NCBI GenBank assembly: GCA_001000675.1
Contig: LCHW01000002.1
Coordinates: forward strand, 5,310 to 69,309
Source: Candidatus Wolfebacteria bacterium GW2011_GWE2_44_13
GTDB lineage: Bacteria; Patescibacteriota; Minisyncoccia; UBA6257; UBA9933
DNA: 64,000 nucleotides
Reading direction: 5' to 3'
Position numbers and translations under genes: made by a program
Notes under the pieces: generated by a model
Databases searched by the model: none
The model's input: the letters and a program-made list of their open reading frames with translations, nothing else
Told to the model about the DNA's origin: nothing
Part shown: piece by piece, positions 1 through 9,773 of the stretch
Position numbering within the stretch: position 1 is the first letter of the stretch
Layout of the letters: each line of letters starts with the position of its first letter

Positions 1-9
1 GGGCAATAT

Positions 10-186
10 TTCTTAGTACTTTTTTAGAAAAAGTACTGCAAAAATCACGAACCGAAAATATTTCGGGGTCGCCTCCAAAACGGCAGAAACTCGGAACTCG
101 CACGCCAAGGGTAGGCGTGCTCAAACACCGAGCTTCTTCCGATATTTTTCCAGCGCCCTTTATCCGAAATATCTCCATGTTCGTAG
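10..186. repeat. Degenerate palindromic REP/MITE-like relic
   Basis: Nested hairpins AGTACTTTTT..AAAAAGTACT, ATATTTCGG..CCGAAATAT and GCACGCC..GGCGTGC; non-coding. Confidence 0.4.
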
Positions 187-203
187 ATACAAGAGAGTAA
201 TTC

Positions 204-298
204 TGTCATTCCCGCGGAGGCGGGAATCCAGTATTGAATAGATTCCCGCCTCCCTGCTTTCGCATAAAGCTACAGCAAGGCAATGCGCGGGAATGACA
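204..298. repeat. dRS3-like palindromic repeat doublet with 31-bp nested insertion
   Basis: TGTCATTCCCGCGGAGGCGGGAATCCA plus inverted copy GATTCCCGCCTC[253-283]TGCGCGGGAATGACA. Confidence 0.85.
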
Positions 299-408
299 GA
301 AGGCAATTAAAATCCTTGACTAAATAATAGCTATATTGTTAAATAAAGGCAGAATCTTTTAGAAGAGGAGCGGATGAGCCGTTCCCCACAATCACGAAAG
401 GAAGGAAG

Positions 409-1110
409 ATGATGAAACGAATCAAATGTGTTTTGCTGGTACTGGTGATGGCGTTGAGTTGCTTCGGAATGGCCGTGGCTGCGGAAGAGGCGTGCACCGA
501 AGGCAACTTTGCGGTATCTGAGCTGCCGGTGAATATCCACAGCTATCCGGAGCCGTGCTCAAAGATTATTTTGCCGGCTGACTCCTTGGTCTGGATGAAA
601 GTGCAGCGGCAGCCGCTTACCGCGAAATTCGGCGAGAACAAGGTTATCGTCAAGGAGCGCATGTTCCGCGTCGGCGGAACGCACACTGAGATCATTCTTC
701 GGCCGACAGAAAAGTACGAGTTTTATCTGCGGCCCGAGTACGACATGAAGATTACCGATGTGCCGAAACATCTTAAGGGTGGCGAAAACGCCCTGTGGTA
801 CGAAATCGCCTCGGCGAGCGGGCAAGTGGAATTCTTGAGCGAATTTGCAACGCAGGTCCATGTGCCGCGTGGCTGTAATATCAAGATTATGGCCGATGCT
901 GCCTTCAAGGTGAAGTACGCCGGCGAAGAGCGCGAGTGTGAAGCTGATCAGGTTGTAACGCTGGACGGTAAGGCGGGTGTCGACATCGTCGAAATCTACG
1001 GCATGGATCGCGATGGCGCGGCGGTTGTCGGGGTGAGTGTGCGCAAACCGCTGACGCTGGACAAAGAAAAACCGGCGCCCACGAAACAGCAAAAAAGAAA
1101 GATAGGCTAA
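409..1110 (+). CDS. Hypothetical secreted protein (signal peptide, beta-rich)
   Basis: 233 aa ORF, N-terminal KRIK plus hydrophobic stretch plus AxA, SD GAAAGGAAGG, GC-rich codons. Confidence 0.8.
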   Translation: MMKRIKCVLLVLVMALSCFGMAVAAEEACTEGNFAVSELPVNIHSYPEPCSKIILPADSLVWMKVQRQPLTAKFGENKVIVKERMFRVGGTHTEIILRPTEKYEFYLRPEYDMKITDVPKHLKGGENALWYEIASASGQVEFLSEFATQVHVPRGCNIKIMADAAFKVKYAGEERECEADQVVTLDGKAGVDIVEIYGMDRDGAAVVGVSVRKPLTLDKEKPAPTKQQKRKIG

Positions 1111-1144
1111 GCCAGCCAACGGCTGGCAAGTTTACAAGAACAGC

Positions 1145-1172
1145 AAAGCCCCTGATACGTCAGGGGCTTTTT
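1145..1172 (+). terminator. Intrinsic terminator
   Basis: AAAGCCCCTGA-tacg-TCAGGGGCTTTTT. Confidence 0.8.
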
Positions 1173-1267
1173 ACTACCGTATATAACCAGTGCAGCTGCT
1201 AAAAAGATTGAGCGATAAAATGTGGAGAAGTAGGAAGACAGGGCGTGAAGGAACGGTATATAAAAAG

Positions 1268-1305
1268 CATATGTCCAAATGTACGGTCGTACATTTGGAC
1301 ATATG
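1268..1305. repeat. 38-bp palindrome, left copy
   Basis: CATATGTCCAAATGTACG-GT-CGTACATTTGGACATATG. Confidence 0.95.
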
Positions 1306-1386
1306 TTGTAAGGGGATTGCATGGTATACTATTAAAAGTACGGAGGAGCTCACGAGAAATAAAAAAGAAAAGAGTGACAAGAATAT

Positions 1387-1977
1387 ATGCAATACAATTC
1401 TTCGCAAAAAGTTTTAGAAGCAATCAGCGAGGGGATTATATTTCCCTTGGATCTTTTTGAAGCGATTATCGAAAGCGGGTACGGAGCATCGAGCAGGAAG
1501 ATCGAAAATAGTTTTTATAAGATAAAAAACGGGAGAGCAAGGGAACAATTCAAAAAAGAAGAAGAGAAAAGAAGGAGGAAGGCATATGCCAGTCTTATGT
1601 ATAAATTAAAAAGAGATGGGTTAGTAAAAGAGAGCGGAGAAGGGGAAGAAAAGGAATATGCGCTTACTGTCAAAGGGGAACAAAAGTTAGAGATATTAAA
1701 AAGCAAAGATGGGTTTCCTGACACGTATTACACAAAGGAAAAAAGCAATAAGATTATTATCGTCATGTTCGATATTCCAGAGAAGGATGTGAGAAAGAGA
1801 ACTTGGCTGCGAATGGTATTAAACAATCTAGATTTTAAAATGGCACAAAAAAGTGTGTGGATTGGAAAGACGACAATACCGAAAGAACTGATAGGGGATC
1901 TTATGCGAATGCAGCTAGAAAGTTTCGTGGAAATATTTGAAGTAGGAAATACAGGAAACCTAAAGAATATCTTATAG
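1387..1977 (+). CDS. PaaX-like protein (winged helix plus Cas2/VapD-like ferredoxin fold), CPR type
   Basis: LKRDGLV..YALTVKG winged helix; IIVMFDIPE..R..LR..L..LDF..AQKSVW motif. Confidence 0.85.
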   Translation: MQYNSSQKVLEAISEGIIFPLDLFEAIIESGYGASSRKIENSFYKIKNGRAREQFKKEEEKRRRKAYASLMYKLKRDGLVKESGEGEEKEYALTVKGEQKLEILKSKDGFPDTYYTKEKSNKIIIVMFDIPEKDVRKRTWLRMVLNNLDFKMAQKSVWIGKTTIPKELIGDLMRMQLESFVEIFEVGNTGNLKNIL

Positions 1978-2026
1978 AAGGAATTGTGTCGGGAGTATGT
2001 CTATGTATCCGGGATAAGAAAATATA

Positions 2027-2063
2027 CATATGTCCAAATGTACGACCGTACATTTGGACATAT
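2027..2063. repeat. Palindrome, right copy (inverted relative to left copy)
   Basis: CATATGTCCAAATGTACG-AC-CGTACATTTGGACATAT. Confidence 0.95.
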
Positions 2064-2143
2064 AGGTAGGGGAAAAGGAAGATGAGGAACTGATCTGATA
2101 AGAAAAGGGAATTGCACAGCGCGATTCCCTTTTCTTATGTGTG

Positions 2144-2225
2144 TGCCGGGGACAGGACTTGAACCTGCATACCTTGCGGTGCTTGCTCCTAAGGCAAGTG
2201 CGTCTGCCAATTTCGCCACCCCGGC
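2144..2225 (-). tRNA. tRNA-Leu(TAG)
   Basis: Reverse complement GCCGGGGTGGCGAAATTGGCAGACGC, anticodon arm CTTGC-CTTAGGA-GCAAG, long variable arm, GGTTCAAGTCC; no encoded CCA. Confidence 0.95.
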
Positions 2226-2273
2226 ATTTGAAACGTAAGAAAAGTATAAGAGAAACAGGAGAATCTGTACATA

Positions 2274-2302
2274 TTGACAAATATATACAAATATGGTATA
2301 TA
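2274..2302 (+). promoter_or_regulatory. sigma70-type promoter
   Basis: TTGACA-17-TATATA. Confidence 0.6.
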
Positions 2303-2386
2303 TTAATACATAAGGTTGAACCTTGAAAACTTCATATAGAGACGAAATAAACCCATTTATTCGCTGAGGCGAGAGGAGAAGAGAGT

Positions 2387-3349
2387 ATGGAAACATTGGT
2401 AACAGCCGGGTTGTGGATGATCGGAGCAGGTTCGCTCACATGGTTTATTGCTCAGGGGATTTGTTCCCCGATTGAACCGGATAAATGTCGCATCATAACG
2501 CGACTCGGAAAGGCTACGGGGGCCGTAAGAGGCCCTGGAGTAACCTGGATTCCCCTTAAAGGAATGTGGTACGATTTTGTCGTACTACCGAGGATTTTTG
2601 AGATTCCGATTAAGGTAGAATTCGCGTTGCCAGATGAAACATATCCCACGATCGCCGAAGACGTAGTCGCACTCGTACGAGTTGCCGACGATGGCGGAGC
2701 GAAACTGCTTATCAACGGCGGGCAGGAAGGTGTTACGAAAAAGGTTTCACGAATTGCCGCCACCGAGATCGAAGAGTTCGCTGCCGATCCTGGTGAAGAA
2801 CCAAAGAATCTGGATCAAGCGAAGCGGATGAAGCCGACCTTCGTCTACCGGGCAGTAAAAGAACTAGTTGACGATGGGGTGCTAGATGCACTTGATGCAC
2901 TTCCGGACACCGAAAAGGCGAAGGCCTTGAAAAAACTGGAAGCCGACCTGTCAGACGACGGGGAAAGCTTCTCTATGTCGGTCTTCGGACTGGAACTCAT
3001 CGGTTTCAGTATGGGACGGCTCGTTGAGCCTCCCGCGATTACTGAAATCGCCATGAAGAAAAAGGTAGCGACGGAAGAGAACCAAATCAAGCAGGAGCAA
3101 GCCGTTGCACTTAATGAGAGGCTAAAAACTGTTGCTGAAGGAATGCCCGGAGCTTCGCTCTCGGACATTTCCAAGGTCATGTTCACGGCCGATGGAACAG
3201 TGAAGCCGATCGTCCATGAAACGGTTGTGCGTATCGAGCGCCCAGCGACGGCAGACGGAGGTCACCTTATGGATGACATACTCGCCGGCTGGGTTGCGGC
3301 GAATGCATCAAAAACTGGAGGAAAAGATGGCGGAAAAGGAAAAAGCTAA
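2387..3349 (+). CDS. SPFH/band-7-like membrane protein
   Basis: N-terminal TM then I..D..RIITRLGK....GPG..WIP, typical SPFH start; coiled-coil C-terminus. Confidence 0.7.
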   Translation: METLVTAGLWMIGAGSLTWFIAQGICSPIEPDKCRIITRLGKATGAVRGPGVTWIPLKGMWYDFVVLPRIFEIPIKVEFALPDETYPTIAEDVVALVRVADDGGAKLLINGGQEGVTKKVSRIAATEIEEFAADPGEEPKNLDQAKRMKPTFVYRAVKELVDDGVLDALDALPDTEKAKALKKLEADLSDDGESFSMSVFGLELIGFSMGRLVEPPAITEIAMKKKVATEENQIKQEQAVALNERLKTVAEGMPGASLSDISKVMFTADGTVKPIVHETVVRIERPATADGGHLMDDILAGWVAANASKTGGKDGGKGKS

Positions 3350-3887
3350 GCCGGCGACAGCACCCGGCAAGATGGAAAGTCTCGGCGCATCCCTCTTCAA
3401 ATGGGGGGTCGCCATATTGATCATCGTTGGAGGGTGGAACATGCTCTTCGGCGATGAAGCAAAGCCCGCCGCAGGCGTTGCGGTAACTGAGGCGACGCGG
3501 CAATATGCTGCGGCGCACGACTTTTCAAAGGTGGGGGACGATTTCCACAAAGTGTCCTTCACTGTTCCCGCTGGCGATAAATGGGTGTCGGTTGCATTGC
3601 CTGCAGACTATCACGTGGCATTCACGTGGAATGAAGCGGGAGGGATTGATAAAGGCGATGGGAAAGGCCCTCGCTGGTTCAAGAAAGACGAAAAGGTAAA
3701 GTTGGGTACGCTGGGAACGGCGGTCGACTTAACCTTCCCCGCAGGAGACACCGTGGAGGTACGGTTTTACCGACACGGGAAAACCGCACCTTCGCTCAAA
3801 ACCGCTGACACAGGGAAGAAACCAGCGGCAGCAAAAGAGAAGGAGGAGTTGAGGCCGGTTATCGTCGCCGGCTACGAACAGAAGTAA
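3327..3887 (+). CDS. Hypothetical membrane-anchored protein
   Basis: SD GGAGG before ATG 3327, single TM, overlaps upstream gene; terminator at ~3919-3950. Confidence 0.75.
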   Translation: MAEKEKAKPATAPGKMESLGASLFKWGVAILIIVGGWNMLFGDEAKPAAGVAVTEATRQYAAAHDFSKVGDDFHKVSFTVPAGDKWVSVALPADYHVAFTWNEAGGIDKGDGKGPRWFKKDEKVKLGTLGTAVDLTFPAGDTVEVRFYRHGKTAPSLKTADTGKKPAAAKEKEELRPVIVAGYEQK

Positions 3888-3971
3888 ATAGGGAAGTGGC
3901 AACGCTTCCCACGATAGCAAAAGCCCCCGAATATCGGGGGCTTTCTTTTTTATTAACTAGAATACAGCTAC

Positions 3972-4316
3972 TTAGAGAGCTCCACCTGCGATTGCCTTTG
4001 CAACCTCGATAAGTCCCTTTGTAAGCGCACCAACGACGACTGCTACGAGAGCATAGGTAAGTGCTCTGCGAGCTTCGGTTACCTTTTTCTCGTCTCCTCC
4101 GCCTGTGAGGAACTTGAATGCGGCAAGCAAGATGTATACTGCTGCAACCGCAAGCAAGATAGCAAACATCCAGTTGCCAACTTTGTTAAGAATGGCAACG
4201 ATTGGTTCGACCCCTGTACCTACTGGTGCTGCTCCCCCAGGAAGGTTTTGAGCAAAACCGATAGCTGGCATAGCAAGTGCCACTGCTGTTACTGATGCTA
4301 GTGATATTTTTTTCAT
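3972..4316 (-). CDS. Pilin-like protein (TrbC/VirB2-like, CPR type)
   Basis: Signal peptide plus two TMs with AAFKFLTGGGDEKKVTEARRALTYALV motif. Confidence 0.8.
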   Translation of the reverse strand: MKKISLASVTAVALAMPAIGFAQNLPGGAAPVGTGVEPIVAILNKVGNWMFAILLAVAAVYILLAAFKFLTGGGDEKKVTEARRALTYALVAVVVGALTKGLIEVAKAIAGGAL

Positions 4317-4348
4317 ATATATAGTATATCAAATAATACGACCTTTGT

Positions 4349-4726
4349 TCAAGCGCCAAGACCAATAACAAGTCCCTTAAAGATAGCAACCAGCCCGCGC
4401 GCAAGAATGATAATAACTAAACCGCCGAGTGCATAAACAATCGTTTGTCTACCAGTAATTATCTTTTTAGGGTCTCCTTGAGCAGTCATAATCTGAAATG
4501 CACCATAAAGAATCATGATGGCGGCCAACGAAGCTGCAATAGTGATGCCATATTCGATGACGCGATTAAGAACATCGGTAATCGTGGCGTCTCCAAAAGG
4601 ACTTGTAAATTTAACCGAAGATCCAATGGGTGCGTTGGGCGTTGTATCACCTTCAGCGCCGCCTACTGCGAGTACGGTTGACGTGAAAAGCGGAAAAGAA
4701 ATAATTGTTGCAAGTATTTTATACAT
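4349..4726 (-). CDS. Pilin-like protein (TrbC/VirB2-like)
   Basis: GAFQIMTAQGDPKKIITGRQTIVYALGG motif. Confidence 0.8.
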   Translation of the reverse strand: MYKILATIISFPLFTSTVLAVGGAEGDTTPNAPIGSSVKFTSPFGDATITDVLNRVIEYGITIAASLAAIMILYGAFQIMTAQGDPKKIITGRQTIVYALGGLVIIILARGLVAIFKGLVIGLGA

Positions 4727-4754
4727 AAGAATGAAGTGTAAGGAATTTGCTGGG

Positions 4755-5153
4755 TTACTGGCAGTTTAGGTCTCTCCATGGCACGCCGTAGACGTCTCCG
4801 GTGCCAGTGAGTGCCCGCATGAGGATATCGACGAGAAACCATGCAGCAAGAACAAGAGCAAGTCCCTGGAGGGCTTGGAAAATGTGCGACTTACCTTTTG
4901 CGTACATCCCCGGGTTTGCGCCAGAAATCATCATTTGGTAGCCACCAAACATAATGAAGGCGACGGCAAGTATAATGGCTGCTTGCGATACAAAACTATA
5001 TATCGCCTTAACGGTTTCAAATAATGCGCAAAGAGAGCAGGATGTCGGATTCTGCTCATCGCATTGCACAAGACCAGAGCCAAAAACAGTAGGTGCTGCT
5101 AACAGGAAAACAAACGAGAGGGATAGGAGAGAAGCTAACAGAAGTTTTTTCAT
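4755..5153 (-). CDS. Pilin-like protein (TrbC/VirB2-like, Cys-containing)
   Basis: GLVQC..C..C plus GGYQMMISGANP....GKSHI..AL.GL. Confidence 0.8.
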   Translation of the reverse strand: MKKLLLASLLSLSFVFLLAAPTVFGSGLVQCDEQNPTSCSLCALFETVKAIYSFVSQAAIILAVAFIMFGGYQMMISGANPGMYAKGKSHIFQALQGLALVLAAWFLVDILMRALTGTGDVYGVPWRDLNCQ

Positions 5154-5207
5154 ATTCGTATACTACTAGTATAAACTGACAAATTACTCTTGTCGAACGA
5201 AAATCAA

Positions 5208-6497
5208 TCAGTACTGGCTGTTGATTTCGGCAGCGGCCTTATCAAGGGCTGACTGAGATTGGAACTGTCCAGTAAGGACGGACTCTATTGAGCGGGAAAG
5301 AGCGGTGCGATAACTTACATTATCATACTGGAAGGGTGCGCGAGCGGTAAGTGCTTGGCGGGCAAAGACGCTAATGCTTGGATTGCGAAGCGAATCGTTG
5401 ATAAGAGTGCGAAGTGCTGGAGGGTTGTTTGAACGGGTAGCATAAAGAGTTGCAAGCTTAGGGTCGGTCGTTGCGGCAATAACAAAACGCCATGCTTGCG
5501 CAATGTCTACGCTTTTTGCAGAAACGGCTAAGCCCCAATAATCAGCATAGTTAACTGGATTGGATAGATCGTTTTGGGGCATTGGATAAATGCCGAAGTT
5601 AAGGTAAGGGTTTTTTTGCACAAGCTGTTTTATATCACGTGCGTACCCAAAGGTCATTGCGGTATCTTCAGCACCAAAAGCATTGTCGGCATTTGCAAAG
5701 GCATCACTCCATGTATAGTACGGAGTATTAGGAGTAGAAAATTGCGTATAAAAGTCGAGTGCATTTTTTGCGCTTGCATCAAATGTTGCTCGTTGTCCTG
5801 TAACTTCAAGGCGCTGTGCACCAAACTGAAGCATTAGGAGGGAGAGAATGTCAGGTGCGTGTTCGATTGATTTACCTGATCCGCCAATCGCAATCGCAGA
5901 CTTCTTTAGCTGTTTGCTTGCAGTAAACTCAGTAAAGTAAGGAACAAGTGTTTTTACGTCACCCCATGTTGTAGGGGCAACGGCAACACCCTTGTTGTTA
6001 AAAAGGGTTTTGTTATAGAGCAGTGCTGGTGTGTCGATATAGAGCGGAAGGGCAAAGACATAGTCTAAGTAAACAAAATCTCGGGCAACAACATCAGGGA
6101 ATAGTGCTTTTAGCTCGCTTGGTTGAATTTGTGGATAATCAGCGGCCATAATCTTGTCACTATAACGCTGTACCCAACTGCGATGTACCATTAAGATATC
6201 AGGGCCGGTGTTTGTGGCCATTGCATTAAGAATAGTGCGATCATAGCGGTCTTCGGGCACTTGGGTATAACGAAGAACAACATTTGGATGTTCGAGCGTA
6301 TATTGTGATGTGAGTGTGGAAAAATTGCTTGGGTCCTCGATCCCCCAAATAGTAAGGGTGATTTTTGTAGCAGGCTCTTCGGAGTTTCCCTGTTGAAGAG
6401 AAGGAATAAGGTACACAAAGATGCCAATAAATAGGGCGATAGCAAGTGCTACTCCGCCGAGAATCATGATTTGAGTGCGTGTAAATTGCATATGCAT
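5208..6497 (-). CDS. Extracellular solute-binding protein (sugar-type, family 1)
   Basis: TM anchor, LTIWG, GPDI, ALPLYIDT.AL.YNK motifs; start uncertain (6491-6509). Confidence 0.85.
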   Translation of the reverse strand: MHMQFTRTQIMILGGVALAIALFIGIFVYLIPSLQQGNSEEPATKITLTIWGIEDPSNFSTLTSQYTLEHPNVVLRYTQVPEDRYDRTILNAMATNTGPDILMVHRSWVQRYSDKIMAADYPQIQPSELKALFPDVVARDFVYLDYVFALPLYIDTPALLYNKTLFNNKGVAVAPTTWGDVKTLVPYFTEFTASKQLKKSAIAIGGSGKSIEHAPDILSLLMLQFGAQRLEVTGQRATFDASAKNALDFYTQFSTPNTPYYTWSDAFANADNAFGAEDTAMTFGYARDIKQLVQKNPYLNFGIYPMPQNDLSNPVNYADYWGLAVSAKSVDIAQAWRFVIAATTDPKLATLYATRSNNPPALRTLINDSLRNPSISVFARQALTARAPFQYDNVSYRTALSRSIESVLTGQFQSQSALDKAAAEINSQY

Positions 6498-6549
6498 ATA
6501 GTATATCACGGAAAATAAAAATTTTCGTCATTTTTGGTATACTAACGCT

Positions 6550-7119
6550 ATGCAATATGCTTTATGGATTGGACTACTTTTTGTGCTTACGGGTGTGTGT
6601 ATTGTTATTATATTGAGCGCGTGCACACTCTTTAGGTCCTTATCGGGGATAGTGACTAAAAAGCATATCTCCTTTATTCCTGTGCCAGACGGTGCTCTTC
6701 CCTTATTAAAACGTATCACACCTCCGAGCGCCGGAGCTATTATCTATGACCTTGGATGCGGGGATGGAAAGATAGTGCTTTATTTGGCGACGCTTTTCCC
6801 AGAGGCAACATATATAGGAATAGAATATGATCTACTTCCGTATCTCATCGCAAAGGTAAAAACACGAAAGCATAGCAATATAACAATACGCTTCAAGAAC
6901 ATATTCAAAGAAGACCTAACAAAAGCGGATATCCTTATAGCCTACTTATTCCCTGAGCTATTAGATAAGCTATTGCCGAAACTAGAGAAAGAATTAAAGA
7001 AAGGTGTGTATGTATATTCATTCGATTACGCGTTTAGGAAAAAAGAAGCGCAAACAATTGAATATAATGAAGATGCATCGTTAAAAAGAGGAAAGCGTAT
7101 GCTGGTATACGAATTCTAA
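6550..7119 (+). CDS. Class I SAM-dependent methyltransferase
   Basis: YDLGCGDGK motif, YLFP..L..KL..ELK.G. Confidence 0.85.
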   Translation: MQYALWIGLLFVLTGVCIVIILSACTLFRSLSGIVTKKHISFIPVPDGALPLLKRITPPSAGAIIYDLGCGDGKIVLYLATLFPEATYIGIEYDLLPYLIAKVKTRKHSNITIRFKNIFKEDLTKADILIAYLFPELLDKLLPKLEKELKKGVYVYSFDYAFRKKEAQTIEYNEDASLKRGKRMLVYEF

Positions 7120-7158
7120 CCAAAAAGGAACGTTCTAAGCGTTCCTTTTTGGTGCAAT

Positions 7159-9621
7159 TTACAGCGCGACCACTCCTGCTAACTTGTCCTTTTCCTTGAG
7201 TGACATTATCTTTACTCCGCTCGTTGCACGACCTGCGGTGCGTACATCCTTAAGGGGGATGCGGATAATCTGTCCTCGGGTTGATACGGCGAGTAGCTCC
7301 TCTTCATCGCGGATTATTTGTCCGCTAATGATGTTTCCTATCTTAGGAGTGACATTCGAAGTTTTAATACCCATACCGCCTCGTGTTTGTGTTTTGTACT
7401 CAGAGATCGGGGTCTGCTTTGCATAACCGTTTTCTGACACTACGAGCAGTGTCTGCTTCTTATGCTCTGCCTTCTGATCGGCGCGGATAATATCAAATCC
7501 AGCTACGCGATCATCCTTTTTCAATTTGATGCCACGCACACCTGCTGCTGCGCGTCCGAGTGGCTTCGCATCAGTTTCGGTAAAGCGAATTGCTTGTCCG
7601 GCATGTGTGGTGATAATGATATCGTCCTTTCCTGCGGAAAGTTTTACACCAATGAGTGAGTCGCCCTTCGCAAGATTGATGGCGATAATGCCGGTCCTGC
7701 GAATGTTTGCAAACTCAGAAAGCGCCGTCTTTTTGATAGTTCCGTCAGCGGTAAGCATAACGAGATAACGACCATCGGTATTGCCATCTGGATAGGCGAT
7801 AACAGCGCTGATGTTTTCTTCCGGCGGAAGGTCAAGGAAGTTCTGCATAAGCTTTCCTTTGGCCGTCCTGCTTCCTTGCGGAACATCGTATACCTTTGTT
7901 TGGAATACGCGTCCCGTGTGGGTGAAGAACAAGATATTATCGTGGGTGTTTCCAGAGATAAAGTTGAGGAGTGTGTCCTCTTCGTTTACATCAGAGCCAA
8001 TCAAGCCTTTACCTCCGCGCTTCTGCGCCTTGTAGGTGTCAGAAGGAATACGTTTGATATAGCCACTCTGAGAAAGTGTAATAATAACATCTTCTTCAGT
8101 AATAAGATCGAGCTCTTTAAACTCACCAATCGGATTGGCGACAACCTTCGTACGACGATCATCCCCAAACTTATCGCGCAAGTCGCGCAATTCGTTAGTG
8201 ATAACACCAAGAATTTTCGCAACACTTGCGAGTAGCGTCTCAAGCTCTTTGATGATGCGCATCTTTTCTTTTAGCTCATCTTCAATCTTCTTGCTTTCCA
8301 ATGCTGCAAGTGTTTGCAAGCGCATTTCAAGAATTGCAGTGGCTTGAATTTCTGTCAGCTTAAACTTTGCAACTAAATTCTTATGGGCGTCGTCTTTGTC
8401 CTTAGACTTCTTAATCGTTGCAATAACTGCATCGATAAATTCAAGCGCTTTTGCCAAACCTTCTAAAATATGGGCACGTTCGCGCGCTTTACGAAGCTCA
8501 AACTCAGCGCGCTTGCGAACAACATCTTTGCGGTGCTCAAGATAGAACTCCAAGATATCTTTCAACGACAAGAGCTGCGGTTGCAAGCCATCTGCGGATG
8601 GAACAAGCGCCGTCATGTTGAAGTTAAAGTTCTTCTGCAAGTCCGTGTGCTTGTAGAGCTGATTGAGAACTTTTTGTGGAGCAGCGTCACTCTTTAGCTC
8701 AACGACAACGCGCAATCCATCGCGGTCAGATTCATCGCGCAAATCTTTGATGCCCTCAATCTTCTTTTCAGTTACAAGCGTCGCCATTTTAACGAGCAAT
8801 TCAGACTTGTTAACCTGATAAGGAATTTGCGTAATAACGATATTAAAGAGGCCACTCTTTCGTTCTTGAATATCAGAAACAGCGCGCATAGTTACGCCAC
8901 CGCGTCCACTGCGATACGCTTCAGAAATAGCGTTCTTATCATAGATAATACCTCCGGTTGGGAAGTCAGGGCCTTTGATAAATTGTGTCAGGTCGTCAGT
9001 CGTTGCGTGTGCATTATCAGCAAGATGTAAAACGGCATCGATAATCTCGCGCAAGTTATGCGGAGGAATATTCGTTGCCATACCGACAGCGATACCCGCA
9101 ACGCCGTTAAGGAGTAATGCTGGAAGGCGAGCAGGAAGCACGAGTGGTTCTTCGGTTGTGCCGTCATAGTTTGGTCCCCAAGCGACGGTATCCTTTTCAA
9201 TATCAAAAAGAAGCTCCTCGGATATTTTCGAGAGGCGACATTCGGTATAACGCATAGCAGCCTGGTTATCTCCATCAATCGAACCCCAGTTTCCCTGACC
9301 GTCGATAAGCGGATAACGGAGTGAGAAATCCTGTGCCATACGAGCCATAGCATCGTACACTGCGGAATCGCCGTGTGGGTGGTAGCTCTTAAGTACTTCT
9401 CCGACAACAGCGGCAGATTTGCGGTACTTAACGCCTGCTTTCAAGCCCGTTTCCCACATAGCCCACATAATGCGGCGTTGTACTGGCTTCATGCCGTCAC
9501 GGACGTCCGGCAAGGCGCGGGAAATAATAACCGACATTGCGTAGTCGAGATAACATTCTTGCAGTTCGTCCCCGATTTCTCGCTTAAGGACTTTATCTGT
9601 TTGTTCGATGTGTTCTTCCAT
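7159..9621 (-). CDS. gyrA: DNA gyrase subunit A
   Basis: [25 protein letters not shown], GyrA-box QKRGGKG, beta-pinwheel repeats. Confidence 0.98.
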   Translation of the reverse strand: MEEHIEQTDKVLKREIGDELQECYLDYAMSVIISRALPDVRDGMKPVQRRIMWAMWETGLKAGVKYRKSAAVVGEVLKSYHPHGDSAVYDAMARMAQDFSLRYPLIDGQGNWGSIDGDNQAAMRYTECRLSKISEELLFDIEKDTVAWGPNYDGTTEEPLVLPARLPALLLNGVAGIAVGMATNIPPHNLREIIDAVLHLADNAHATTDDLTQFIKGPDFPTGGIIYDKNAISEAYRSGRGGVTMRAVSDIQERKSGLFNIVITQIPYQVNKSELLVKMATLVTEKKIEGIKDLRDESDRDGLRVVVELKSDAAPQKVLNQLYKHTDLQKNFNFNMTALVPSADGLQPQLLSLKDILEFYLEHRKDVVRKRAEFELRKARERAHILEGLAKALEFIDAVIATIKKSKDKDDAHKNLVAKFKLTEIQATAILEMRLQTLAALESKKIEDELKEKMRIIKELETLLASVAKILGVITNELRDLRDKFGDDRRTKVVANPIGEFKELDLITEEDVIITLSQSGYIKRIPSDTYKAQKRGGKGLIGSDVNEEDTLLNFISGNTHDNILFFTHTGRVFQTKVYDVPQGSRTAKGKLMQNFLDLPPEENISAVIAYPDGNTDGRYLVMLTADGTIKKTALSEFANIRRTGIIAINLAKGDSLIGVKLSAGKDDIIITTHAGQAIRFTETDAKPLGRAAAGVRGIKLKKDDRVAGFDIIRADQKAEHKKQTLLVVSENGYAKQTPISEYKTQTRGGMGIKTSNVTPKIGNIISGQIIRDEEELLAVSTRGQIIRIPLKDVRTAGRATSGVKIMSLKEKDKLAGVVAL

Positions 9622-9650
9622 AATAGGTAATTGCTAATGCGTAATTTAGT

Positions 9651-9773
9651 AAAAATGTATTTGTTTGGAGGCAGTGCGAGGCGCGGGGAATTTGACGAGA
9701 GAGGCGTGCTGATTGTACGTCGACCGAGGCAATGGGGCCCCGCAACGACGCAATGCGCCAAACAAACATTTTT
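9651..9773. repeat. MITE-like long hairpin element
   Basis: Terminal inverted repeats AAAAATGTATTTGTTTGG / CCAAACAAACATTTTT; GC-rich imperfect palindromic core GAGGCGTGC..GTACGTCG. Confidence 0.65.

Noticed and set aside
1268-2063. CRISPR-Cas locus (Cas2-like protein plus 38-bp repeats)
   Set aside because: Only two repeats, inverted and about 720 bp apart; no spacers, cas1 or effector genes in the window.
7159-9621. parC identity or a quinolone-resistance allele
   Set aside because: The GyrA-box is present, and the QRDR reads [10 protein letters not shown] with the Ser and Asp of the susceptible type.
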